DNA from: an uncultured virus (IMG/VR IMGVR_UViG_3300037067_011978)
Taxonomy: Duplodnaviria > Heunggongvirae > Uroviricota > Caudoviricetes
DNA length: 64,000 bases
IMG/VR virus record: IMGVR_UViG_3300037067_011978
Reading direction: 5' to 3' (one strand)
Below the pieces are notes generated by a model. That model saw only the letters and a program-made list of their open reading frames with translations, had not been told where the DNA came from and did not search any database. Shown in pieces: positions 10,964 to 20,754 of the stretch (its first letter is position 1; the number at the start of each line of letters is the position of its first letter). Both the position numbers and the translations under genes were made by a program.

Positions 10964-11517
10964 TCTCCCTTAAACATTATTATTTTAGACTTACATACAT
11001 AAGCCTTTAATTTTCTAAATATATAAATAAACATTCCTAAAATTTTTTGCCTTATATTAATCTTATAATTACTTTGTATTAAATCCAATTTTTCTTTATC
11101 GTATTCAAACATTTCAAATATAACCTTATTTTTCAATATCTTTTCCTAACTGTATTTCAAAATACCATTTAATCCATTGAATTGTAATATGAAAATGCCA
11201 AGGTTCACCATAAAAATGCTTATGAAAATAAACATCTAAACAAGGAAGAATATCTATCTGGTATTTAAACTTTCCATATCTAATCATTTGCATATTATAC
11301 TCCTTAAAAACCAAACTCTCCACCAACATAAATAGATCCATCTTCTTCATCATCAGTTACAATATTCAAATGATACAACGATTGTCCTTCTTTAGATTTT
11401 TTATTAAATTCAAAACAAGGAGTGAATATTCTGCTTTTTCTAAAACATAAACTTTCCTTCCAATATCTAATTGTATTTTTTTGGTTTAAAGTATAATTCA
11501 TTTCTATTTGATTCATT

Positions 11518-11712
11518 TTATACTCCATTAACAAAACTATCAATTTCTTCTTTGCTTTTCAAAAAACTATCTTTATCAAAAAAGCCTTCATTACATTTAG
11601 TACAATATAACCCTTCTTGAATAAAACTTTTCTTTTTACCTAATTTATTTGTATATTCATTTTGCCTAGTTTCAAACACTAATTTCCCACCACATTCAGG
11701 ACAAATTTCCAT
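11518..11712 (-). CDS. YgiT/MqsA-type zinc finger protein
   Basis: CPECGG...GLYCTKCNEGFF. Confidence 0.7.
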   Translation of the reverse strand: MEICPECGGKLVFETRQNEYTNKLGKKKSFIQEGLYCTKCNEGFFDKDSFLKSKEEIDSFVNGV

Positions 11713-11713
11713 A

Positions 11714-12361
11714 TTATATTCTCTCCTTTACTTTAGATACATAATATTTTTTGCCATTAATCTCTTCTTTAACTTTTTCAACTTCAAAAACTTTATCAGA
11801 AATATCTATAAGATTTTCACTCCCTAATGAATTATTTACTAATATAAATTGCAAATTAAGCTTTTTAGAAAGATTCTTTATTACTTCAAAACCTAATCTA
11901 TTTAATTCTAATGGTTGTAAGTTTTTCAATGGTTCATCTAAAATAATAACGTTATCAGTTTTTCCAATTGACCATAACGCAATACGAAGGGCGAACGCAA
12001 TTAAATCAGAAAGCCCTCCCCCGTTTTGTAACAAAGGTTTTCTTTCATAACCATTTTTAGTTTTTATTTTTAATTCTGCTACGGTTCTATTATTTGATAT
12101 TTTAAAATCAATAATAAAATCATATTCATCAGGGAACACTGCGTCAATAGCTAATTGCATTATTGGTTCTAAATTGTATTTAAGTTTCTGTTGTGTTTGC
12201 TGTGCAATAGCTTGTATAAATATCTGTGCCTCTTCTATTGCTATCATCGTTTTTGATAATTCTAATAATTTATCATCTATATTTGACTTTCGTTCAATTA
12301 ACGATTCATACTTACCTTTGTTTTTGAGAAGTATATTTTGATATTCTTTTATGTTAGTCAT
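11714..12361 (-). CDS. SbcC/Rad50 (gp46-like) C-terminal half
   Basis: Coiled coil, ABC signature-like NGGGLSDLIAFALR, Walker B IILDEP. Confidence 0.85.
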   Translation of the reverse strand: MTNIKEYQNILLKNKGKYESLIERKSNIDDKLLELSKTMIAIEEAQIFIQAIAQQTQQKLKYNLEPIMQLAIDAVFPDEYDFIIDFKISNNRTVAELKIKTKNGYERKPLLQNGGGLSDLIAFALRIALWSIGKTDNVIILDEPLKNLQPLELNRLGFEVIKNLSKKLNLQFILVNNSLGSENLIDISDKVFEVEKVKEEINGKKYYVSKVKERI

Positions 12362-12536
12362 TTATCTATAGTTAAAAACATATTATTGGGTAAAAGCTTC
12401 TTTACTTTTTCAAACAAATCAATATCGGCATTATTAACAATTGTTATTTCGTCATTCATCAATCTTATACAAATCTTTTTTTGTTCACTATCATAACTAA
12501 TAGTTAATATATTATTAAAATTAATATAAGTAGATT

Positions 12537-12779
12537 TCATAATTGGCTCCAATCTGTCACAGCATCCAATTTCGTCATTAATTTATCACGCTTTTCCTTG
12601 TCAGACTCGATTTCAGATTCAAGTTCAATTAACTTGCTTTCTACTTCCTCTTGCGTAGAAATATCAAATGACTTTTTCCATTCTTCTACAATTTTCTGCT
12701 TGGCTCCTTCGGCCATATCGCGCTTTTTTGTGGCAGATACGATGGAATTTTTTATCGATTCAAACTTAGCGATAGTCAT
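12537..12779 (-). CDS. small coiled-coil protein (possible SbcC linker subunit)
   Basis: 80-aa heptad-rich ORF inside the sbcCD-like cluster. Confidence 0.5.
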   Translation of the reverse strand: MTIAKFESIKNSIVSATKKRDMAEGAKQKIVEEWKKSFDISTQEEVESKLIELESEIESDKEKRDKLMTKLDAVTDWSQL

Positions 12780-13054
12780 TTAACCTTCCTAACGTCATAG
12801 TCTAACCATGATTCTCTTTCCTCATTATAAATCTGTTCTGCTTCATCTTCATCTTCAATATTATCTTCTTCCATAATTTGCTCAATATCTCTTAATCCAT
12901 GTAATCCTGCATAAGAATCATATTCTTGACAAGCCATTTCATAGGCATAAGTATTAGCTTCGTCTTCATTTTTAGCATCGATGATTTCTTCATCTTTATA
13001 TTTAATTCCACCAAATCCACCACCTAACCCATACCTAATAGCAAATTTAATCAT

Positions 13055-13945
13055 TCATTTTTCCTCCTTTTCCTCACATAAAAATCTAATCATCTTTACA
13101 GTATCCTTTGACAGTTTCTTGTTTGCCAATAACCCATTTTCTATATTTTCTAAAAAATCCAAATTGACAGATTCATTATTCCTTAACTTCTCCACGAAAG
13201 CCGATATCCTATTTTCTTTTTCGTCTCGCTCTATTATATATGAATCATCAATTATTTTTTCATCATCAGGGATAAAAATTTGTTCAATCGTTCCTTTATC
13301 AGTATCCACATAATAGATAGAAGACGAATATTCCTTTTCATCGACCGATCCGCGATACATTGCGCCAGGATTGCAAACTGTCCTTCCTTTTCTTTCATAA
13401 ATAAAACTCCTATGCATATCTCCGGTAAATATCCATTTTGCATTAGGGTATTCATTTAACAAATCATTAGCGGTAACGGCATTTACATTAGGCGGAATAG
13501 TCTTGCTATTCTCAAATGTCAATCTATGAATAAATAATAGTCCTGTTTCCTTGCCTTTCAATTCCTCATTGAAATGTGCATATTTCCCTATATCATCAAA
13601 ATACTGTATCCGCTTATCACCACTTTTTACTATCTTATCAATTATTCCAAATGACGATTCTGCCATATTATCTATATTGTGATAAAGGAGTGAATGATTA
13701 CCTGCCAATATCCTTATACCAGCATTTACAGAAAAAGCAAACTCTAAAAACATTGAAACAATAATACTTGGTACTCTGGCAGTATCAAAGATATCACCTA
13801 GATCGAATACTGGACATTTTCTTTTATTCGCTTCATCGGCAATAAATTGTAATAATCTTTTTTGTGTTCCTAGCCAATCTTCATCTTGACGACATCTTGG
13901 AAGGAGAAGCGTAAGATGCTTATCGCTTGAAGCTATGAATTTCAT
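13055..13945 (-). CDS. SbcD/Mre11 (gp47-like) nuclease
   Basis: SDKH, GDIFD, GNH, GDMH and NPG metallophosphoesterase motifs. Confidence 0.88.
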   Translation of the reverse strand: MKFIASSDKHLTLLLPRCRQDEDWLGTQKRLLQFIADEANKRKCPVFDLGDIFDTARVPSIIVSMFLEFAFSVNAGIRILAGNHSLLYHNIDNMAESSFGIIDKIVKSGDKRIQYFDDIGKYAHFNEELKGKETGLLFIHRLTFENSKTIPPNVNAVTANDLLNEYPNAKWIFTGDMHRSFIYERKGRTVCNPGAMYRGSVDEKEYSSSIYYVDTDKGTIEQIFIPDDEKIIDDSYIIERDEKENRISAFVEKLRNNESVNLDFLENIENGLLANKKLSKDTVKMIRFLCEEKEEK

Positions 13946-14509
13946 TTATCTTTTTATTCCAAAATCACATTTTCTAATTTTGCACATTCTTCCTTGCCCA
14001 GTTTTATCGTGGAATACTATTCCTTCAATATCTAATTCAGGATCAGAAAAATATTTTCTTAATCCTTCAAATGATAAATCAGTAATATTTAATTTTTCTA
14101 TTCCATGTTTAATTAATTCATGCCCATTTATACACTCTGGATTGCCTTGTACTTTTTCTCCACATAATTCATAAGTATTATCTCCCCATTTTTCTTTTTT
14201 ATCAAAAGCTTGAAAAGCCCATCTATCTTGAGGATTATTTCTATCACATTTAATCCAGTGGGGCCAATGTCCAGTTATAGAATCAGGGTCATCGCAAGGT
14301 ATAGCACCTTCAGGAGGGACTTTCCCTTTTTTACAATCATAACGTCTATATAATTCACCATTAATTATTGCCATTGCAGTCCCGTCAAATTTTCTAGTCG
14401 GAATACCAAACTCAAAAACCCAACTATTTTCTTCATTTATTATATTAATAACCTTGCTTAAATCATTTGGATCTTTTTTATAAAGTGTAGACATCTTTTT
14501 CATTTGCAT
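13946..14509 (-). CDS. RNA-ligase-like nucleotidyltransferase (DUF5565-like)
   Basis: RKFDGT (KxDG), YELCG, EGIVF, terminal K.R..DFG. Confidence 0.7.
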   Translation of the reverse strand: MQMKKMSTLYKKDPNDLSKVINIINEENSWVFEFGIPTRKFDGTAMAIINGELYRRYDCKKGKVPPEGAIPCDDPDSITGHWPHWIKCDRNNPQDRWAFQAFDKKEKWGDNTYELCGEKVQGNPECINGHELIKHGIEKLNITDLSFEGLRKYFSDPELDIEGIVFHDKTGQGRMCKIRKCDFGIKR

Positions 14510-15591
14510 TTATCTCCTTTTAATGGTTTATTGCACATTGGGCACATTGAAGGTAATTCTTTTTCTAATTCTATAATCTGTACTTCACAAGCTTCTTTTT
14601 CCATATATTTAGCTAAATATTGTTCATTGCTTTCTTTCAATTCCTCATATTCATTTTCTTTTGTTTCTATCTTATCATTCAATTCATCTATCTGCTTTAT
14701 CAACTTCTCTGCATTAGAAAAATCCGCCATCCCTATAATCTGATTTTGTTCTAGATACTCTTCATACAGATTTTGTAATCGCTCATATTTTTCAATTTTT
14801 TCTTCTAGCGATTCCTGTATTAAATCTATTTTATTTATGATAGGGATGGCTGATAGAATAACCTCCTGCTCTTGAATAATAAGCATAGAACTTTCATAAG
14901 CGTCTTTTTGAAACTCTAGTTTTTCTTTTATTTCATTATTGCTTTCAATCCTATTTTCTATCTTCACAATCCTATCAATCAATATTTCAGCATCTTCTAG
15001 CCAATCAAACTTCGCTATTTCATTGTTTATGATATCTTGTTCAATTTCTAATTTCTTTTTATCTTTATTTGTTTCTAGCCTTTTGCTATCTGCCTTTGAC
15101 AATATTCTATCAATTAAATCTAACCTAATTGTTGAATTGAAAAACCTAGCCACTTCTCCCGCGCTATTTGACAATAAAAAGCTAGGATCAAATTGCCCTT
15201 GGAAATTAACTTCATCTAGATTAAACATTTTAGTAACTATATCAGGAACAGAAGTGCCAACAGCTTCTAAATAATTCCCATCGACTATATATCCATTAAA
15301 CTTTTTACTTTCATCTGAAACTTTTACTTTACCTTTCCTTCGCTCAATTATTCCTTTATCTGTAGTGATTCTTACAAATGTTGATTTTATTGACTCTTCA
15401 TTATCATCTTTATTCCAATCAGAAATATCGGCATTGCCTAAAGGACGATTATTTATTGCCCAATATAAAGCACGTAGGATCGCGGTTTTCCCTGAATCAG
15501 AAATCCCAACAATTGAGTTGATTCCATTAGAAAATGAGATATTTGTCTTTTTGTGAGATTGGAAATTTTGAATAGATAATTCGTTAAACAT
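14500..15591 (-). CDS. SbcC/Rad50 (gp46-like) N-terminal half
   Basis: IQNFQSH, Walker A GISDSGKT, Q-loop NFQGQFD, coiled coil ending in CPMC zinc hook. Confidence 0.88.
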   Translation of the reverse strand: MFNELSIQNFQSHKKTNISFSNGINSIVGISDSGKTAILRALYWAINNRPLGNADISDWNKDDNEESIKSTFVRITTDKGIIERRKGKVKVSDESKKFNGYIVDGNYLEAVGTSVPDIVTKMFNLDEVNFQGQFDPSFLLSNSAGEVARFFNSTIRLDLIDRILSKADSKRLETNKDKKKLEIEQDIINNEIAKFDWLEDAEILIDRIVKIENRIESNNEIKEKLEFQKDAYESSMLIIQEQEVILSAIPIINKIDLIQESLEEKIEKYERLQNLYEEYLEQNQIIGMADFSNAEKLIKQIDELNDKIETKENEYEELKESNEQYLAKYMEKEACEVQIIELEKELPSMCPMCNKPLKGDKCK

Positions 15592-15892
15592 TGTTTTTCT
15601 TATATCTTTCTAAACATTTAGGGCAAAGGTATTTTTTATCAGATTCATGATTTATATAAAAATGTAAATATTCAACGGCATTACTGCTTTCACAATGAAT
15701 ATGGCAATATGCCTGTACTTTTTCTGATTTTGAATTATACGGAAAAGGAGGGTTTTGAATTATCTCTTTAATTATATGATATTGATTTCCGCCAGTCGTT
15801 TTGAAACATTCTTCTATTTTATCTAAATCCATTATTTTCTCCTTACGGTATTCCGTTCAGGCAAACATAAAGTATTATATATCAATATTCAA

Positions 15893-15924
15893 TAAAAGAA
15901 AAGTGGCCGGTTACGTTATCCGGC
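15893..15924 (-). terminator. intrinsic terminator
   Basis: Minus strand GCCGG-ATAACGTAA-CCGGC hairpin followed by CACTTTTCTTTT. Confidence 0.65.
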
Positions 15925-16126
15925 TTGCTATTTTCTCATCGCTATAAGCGAATTGATATTGGGTTTTGATCGTAAAAAGACGATCTAACCGCAACGATTT
16001 CATAAGGAGGCATTGAAGGCAGGTACGGTATCATCCGTTAACGCACCAGCTATGATCTATCCATGGTTTCATAGCATTTCGCGGCATCCCATGTTCCTTT
16101 TACTTTCCTTACCTTCATTAGCCTCC
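15901..16126 (-). ncRNA. candidate structured non-coding RNA (family unknown)
   Basis: GC-enriched gap with no long ORF between a promoter motif and a terminator; long-range stem plus four local hairpins. Confidence 0.5.
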
Positions 16127-16130
16127 ATTA

Positions 16131-16150
16131 CTATTATACATCATCTTTCA
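16131..16150 (-). promoter_or_regulatory. AAAGAT-N4-TATAAT class promoter
   Basis: TGAAAGATGATGTATAATAG; motif recurs about nine times in the window. Confidence 0.7.
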
Positions 16151-16988
16151 AAAATTTTTCAACCTTTTTTGCTTTTATTTATTATATGATAATCGATATA
16201 TCCAGCATGAACTCCTATTTTTATTTCTTCTAATGTAACTAGCCTAGTGAACTTTTCCCTAGGATTTCTTTCACATTCAACAATACATAGATTTTTTGAT
16301 TTTATCTTAGTTATCATTGCCTTTGTTTTCTTATCGTCTAATAAAATCATATCACCTTTTTTCATACTTCCTCGATTATTTCAAAACAATTATCTGCAAA
16401 AGGTGTTTCAATCATTTTTCTACCAAAAATATCAAATGCTGATAATAACGGCATAATCACTTCGTTATTTTCATCTATAGGGAATTGTTTCATGACTATA
16501 TAAAAATACGACCCTTTTAATCTTGATACTCCTGTATCGGTCAATTTTATTTTTATTGTTGAATATAAATTAACTATCATTATTCACTCGCCTTTTCCAT
16601 TAGTTTAACTATTTTGTTTTTTAACACATTCATATCTTTTATTCTATTAACATAAAGTGTTTTAAATTCATAAATAGAATCTTTTATGTCTTTTTTAGTC
16701 GTATAACCATCTTCTAACATTAATGTAAAATCATTTTGGATAATTTCTTTTAAGCAATTTAATCTATTACAAGCATTTTCCCACTCGATAAACAAACCTC
16801 TTTGATTCATATTTCCTCCTTATCTATTTCTAAAAACCCTGAACAATTACCATATTTATGATAAAAAACAGATTTCCAAATAACGTTTTCTTTATCATCT
16901 TTATCATATATAGTAACATTTCTTTTACATTCATTACATATACTATAAATATTAGGATTTTTACAATAACTAATATCAGTATTTAATT

Positions 16989-18029
16989 TCATACTTCCTC
17001 CTTTTTCTTTAAAAACAAAGATATACAAAATGACGTAGGCGCGATTAAATCCAAAAATATAGCAGGTAAAATATCAATAATAAATTGCGTTGCTTCCCTC
17101 CCTTTCTTGAAAATCTTATTTATATAATCATAAAAGTTATTTTTCTTTTCAACCTCTACATTAAAAACTTTTCCTGAATCTAAATATTCTGATTCTTTAT
17201 CTCGAATCTTTTTTAATTCAATATTTTTATTATCTATTTCCTTTATAATCGAAACTTTCCTATTTTGTAAAGAATCCCATTGATAATCATCTTTAGTATA
17301 TTTTAATAATTCTATATCTACCTCTGATAATCTTCCTTTCAAAACTTCCTTAGCATCTAATAAATCTTGTTTTGTTTCTAACAATAATTCTACTTTTTTA
17401 TCAATAATAATTGCATCTTGTGAAACTTCTTGTTTTTCGGCAGAAGCTATTTTCGTTTGATTATATTGTCCAGCAACAGTTGAAATTATTGATAAAAACA
17501 ACGTTATAATCAAAACAATAACTAGCCCTGGAATTATAACCCATTTATACCATTGTTTCATATGAATAAAAATATATGTAATGGCAACAAATAATGCAGA
17601 AATAAACAAAACAATTACTGATGAAAAAACCCATGACCAAAATAATGATAAACGTTCATTAAACCAAACTTGAGTATATTTCATACTTAATATCGAAGCA
17701 AAAATACCTACAATAAAAAATATTCCCTTAATAAAATAAATCGTATATGTATCTTTATTTTTTGTTAATGCTACTGTTTTATTCCCTAATTCAAAATCAT
17801 TATGGTTTTCTTCAATAGCATTTTCTAACGGAGTCTCTTTAACAAAAGAAAACCAATTTCCAACACGATTAAGATATCCAATTTCTACTAATTGCTTTAA
17901 CAATTTAGTGACGCGGTATTTAGGCATATTCAATTTTTCTGATATCTCTTTTATTTTAGGAAATCTTCCTGGATTAACAGGAATGGTATGAAGAGTATAA
18001 AGCAATGATTCTGCATAGGTTTTATTCAT
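16989..18029 (-). CDS. membrane protein with N-terminal winged-HTH and coiled coil
   Basis: IKEISEKLNMPKYRVTKLLKQLVEIGYL wHTH; three hydrophobic segments, coiled coil, C-terminal hydrophobic segment. Confidence 0.65.
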   Translation of the reverse strand: MNKTYAESLLYTLHTIPVNPGRFPKIKEISEKLNMPKYRVTKLLKQLVEIGYLNRVGNWFSFVKETPLENAIEENHNDFELGNKTVALTKNKDTYTIYFIKGIFFIVGIFASILSMKYTQVWFNERLSLFWSWVFSSVIVLFISALFVAITYIFIHMKQWYKWVIIPGLVIVLIITLFLSIISTVAGQYNQTKIASAEKQEVSQDAIIIDKKVELLLETKQDLLDAKEVLKGRLSEVDIELLKYTKDDYQWDSLQNRKVSIIKEIDNKNIELKKIRDKESEYLDSGKVFNVEVEKKNNFYDYINKIFKKGREATQFIIDILPAIFLDLIAPTSFCISLFLKKKEEV

Positions 18030-19005
18030 TTTATTGATAGCACCAACCGATTATTCCTGATAAACCAATTGCATCATCAGTAGCATTTGACCAAAACTTG
18101 CCATCAAAATAAGCTTTAGATATTTTATCAGCTTCATTTATACATAATACCCATCTTCTATTGGCAGGCTGATAATCTTCAATTTCATAAAATGTGATTT
18201 CTCGTTTAATCATTATAATCTCCTTAATAAACAATAGCTTCTATTTCAGTAGAATGGATTTGACAATTATTGAAAATAATAACTGAAGTATTTTCTAAAA
18301 ACGCTTCGCAGAAGACATCATTCCATTCTTCATCATTTATATATTCAGCATTGATAATGTTCCCGCTCTTTAGATATACCTTACAAGTCTTAATTTTATC
18401 TTTCATAATTTCTCCTTAGCAATTTAATAGATAATGTTTTCTATCTAAATATTTATCACATGTACAAGGATTAGTGTGTTCCCCATCTGAAAATATTTTA
18501 TCTTTTGATATTCTCCATTTAGAACTTATTCCAGTTGGATTTACAATATTCACTTCGTTTTCAATTTCTTTTTTAGTCAATTGTCCTTCTACACAAACTG
18601 AACATGAAACAGTACCGCTTGAATATACAATTACTTTTTTCATTTATTACTCTCTCATTTCTTCTGGATAATCTGCTACCCATTTTTCAAATTCATATTC
18701 ATTACTTGCTTTATATCCTTCATCGGTTTTTAGCCAATTTATTTTATCAATCAAAAATTGCTTTTGCTTATCATTTTCAGGAAAGGGTAAATTAATAGGA
18801 CATTTTGACCATTTATCAAAACAATCATTTCTATCTATTGCAATTTTGCCATTAAGATTTGGGTTTGATTGTCCATTATTTGATTCACAAAATCCAAACC
18901 ATAAATCTTGTTTATCTTTTGACGTTGCACCTAAAAAACTTTTACAATCTTCTACAAAAACTTCATATCCTAAACTTTTCATAAACTCTACCATTTCATT
19001 AAAAA

Positions 19006-19539
19006 TCATTTCTTTATCTCCTTCAATAAACTATTCATTCTCTTTTTTATCCAAATCTCTTTTTGATTTTCTAGATATTTATAATATTCATTTTCTAAAT
19101 AACAATAAAATGAAGAGTTTATTTTTTCTTTAATATTATTAATAAAATCAACGTTTAAAAGAACGCTAAAAATAAATCTTAAACTTGTTCTTTCACCAGC
19201 ATTATTGTTCCCATTACATATAGAAATAATACATTTTATAGAATCTTCATTAAGGTAGAAAAATTCTGCTATTCTACAACCTTGATAAGTCGACAATAAT
19301 TCATTATATCCACGGCCTGAATCTTTTGTTATTAAACTTTCCTTAGTAATTGGTTTTATCTTTTTATAATAATCATCTCTACGATCATTTATTTCCAATA
19401 TTTTTGCAGAATCATTTCTTATTTCTTCCATAACTCTTTCTGTCATATCATAATCATTACTTTCTATTGATTTGATAATCTTTAACTTCCTAACAAATTC
19501 TTTCTTAATAAACTCTTTCATAATTTCTCCTTTCATCAT
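19006..19539 (-). CDS. hypothetical protein, first gene of the left arm
   Basis: Long ORF directly after promoter and GGAG RBS. Confidence 0.65.
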   Translation of the reverse strand: MMKGEIMKEFIKKEFVRKLKIIKSIESNDYDMTERVMEEIRNDSAKILEINDRRDDYYKKIKPITKESLITKDSGRGYNELLSTYQGCRIAEFFYLNEDSIKCIISICNGNNNAGERTSLRFIFSVLLNVDFINNIKEKINSSFYCYLENEYYKYLENQKEIWIKKRMNSLLKEIKK

Positions 19540-19540
19540 T

Positions 19541-19560
19541 ATTATACACGATCTTTCACA
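19541..19560 (-). promoter_or_regulatory. AAAGAT-class promoter, leftward
   Basis: TGTGAAAGATCGTGTATAAT. Confidence 0.7.
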
Positions 19561-19585
19561 ATTTTTTATGTTTTTTATCTTTATT

Positions 19586-19607
19586 TATATTAACAAATGT
19601 TAAGTAG
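19586..19607. promoter_or_regulatory. operator-like site (imperfect copy)
   Basis: Reverse complement CTACTTAACATTTGTTAATATA shares its first 18 nt with the 23298 palindrome. Confidence 0.55.
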
Positions 19608-19659
19608 TTTGTAAAGAAATATGGAAAATATCGTCAATTAATTTATGTTAAAAAATATC

Positions 19660-19676
19660 AAAAGATAATATATAAT
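19660..19676 (+). promoter_or_regulatory. AAAGAT-class promoter, rightward
   Basis: AAAAGATAATATATAAT. Confidence 0.6.
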
Positions 19677-19759
19677 AATGATGAAAGGAGAAAAAATATA
19701 GAAATTGCCCACTTTCTAAAATTATTAGAAAGCATAATATTTTTTTAAGGAGAAAATGA

Positions 19760-20203
19760 ATGGAAATGCTCAAATGTTCAGGGAAGTATAGTGTTTGTGG
19801 TGAAACAAAACCTATCAGTGAATTTCACAAGGCTCTTATTTTTGCTGATAAGCCATTTGGAGTTGACCCCACTTGTAAAGCTTGCCGATATGCTCGGGTA
19901 AAGAATAGGAAGAAGTTTGAAAACAACGATAATATTAGCCAGCTAGTACAAGATGCGATCAATAAGGCTCTTAAAGAAAAAGGTATTAATAAACAATCAG
20001 CTACTAAAGAAAAAAAAGATGATTTTCGTCCTTTCTATATCAGGAATAAATATGAAAGATGGGCAATTTATTATCTTCATAATGGAAACGCTTCACAATC
20101 AGTCACAATGGAAACCGTTGATACAGAAGAAAAAGCAATAAACAGGGCTATTAGATATAAAGAAATTTTAGTAAAAATAATGGAATTTAACGGCTGGAAA
20201 TAA
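19760..20203 (+). CDS. putative DNA-binding protein (Zn ribbon plus AP2-like C-terminus)
   Basis: C..VCGETKPISEFHK...CKAC; C-terminal RWAIYY...DTEEKAINRA. Confidence 0.5.
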   Translation: MEMLKCSGKYSVCGETKPISEFHKALIFADKPFGVDPTCKACRYARVKNRKKFENNDNISQLVQDAINKALKEKGINKQSATKEKKDDFRPFYIRNKYERWAIYYLHNGNASQSVTMETVDTEEKAINRAIRYKEILVKIMEFNGWK

Positions 20204-20217
20204 TTCCTTCCTTAAAG

Positions 20218-20247
20218 TTTGCCAGGGAACTTCTAAAAACTGGCAAA
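20218..20247 (+). terminator. hairpin, possible terminator
   Basis: TTTGCCAG...CTGGCAAA followed by TTATTTT. Confidence 0.45.
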
Positions 20248-20265
20248 TTATTTTAAGGAGTATAT

Positions 20266-20705
20266 ATGAAAAAGTTTATGTTTCTTATCCCTATTGTTTT
20301 TCTTTCTTGCGAATTTTCCCTAATCCTGAACCTAGTCCAATCCCTTCACCAATCACAAGCCCTAATCCAAGACCATCACCAATTCCCATTGCTTCACCTA
20401 TTCCATCTCTAATAAAATCAGCAGAAGTTACTATCACAAGCATTATTCAAGAATATTACGAAACGTTGCATAAATATGAATATGTAGAAGTTTATTTTGA
20501 TATTAAAAATACTGGAAACTGCAATATTACTTATTACAAATTATTTTTTGAAGTAATATGCAAAGATAATTCTAAATATACTGAATGGACAAATGGATTA
20601 TATTTGAATATCGGAGAAACACAATCTGATTGGATACCCATAGAAACATATAATAAACAATATGATTCAGTTAGGTTTGTTTCAATGGAACTAGATAATT
20701 ACTAA
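20266..20705 (+). pseudogene. frameshifted lipoprotein with Pro/Ser-rich linker
   Basis: AAGGAG RBS and MKKFMFLIPIVFLSC lipoprotein signal (20266-20310) are out of frame with the PNPEPSPIPSP... body (ORF 20307-20705). Confidence 0.65.
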
Positions 20706-20708
20706 GTT

Positions 20709-20754
20709 TGGCCGTATACTATGGTATTCGCTGGCCGTATACTATGGTATTCGC
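20709..20754. repeat. 2 x 23-bp perfect tandem repeat followed by an AT-rich tract (possible origin)
   Basis: TGGCCGTATACTATGGTATTCGC at 20709-20731 and 20732-20754. Confidence 0.85.

Larger units (their letters stand above)
19524..19693. repeat. 23-bp perfect inverted repeat at the strand-divergence point
   Basis: TATAATAATGATGAAAGGAGAAA at 19671-19693 (+) and 19524-19546 (-). Confidence 0.9.

Noticed and set aside
16050..16118. 22-aa ORF (MKVRKVKGTW...) as a type I toxin
   Set aside because: Not hydrophobic, and the GGAGG-ATG spacing is only 3 nt; RNA structure explains the region better
15901..16126. RNase P, tmRNA, SRP or hammerhead identity for the ncRNA
   Set aside because: Only a partial GGAAAGT resemblance to RNase P; the other required conserved motifs are missing
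20709..20754. CRISPR mini-array
   Set aside because: The two repeats are directly adjacent with no spacer, and no cas genes are present
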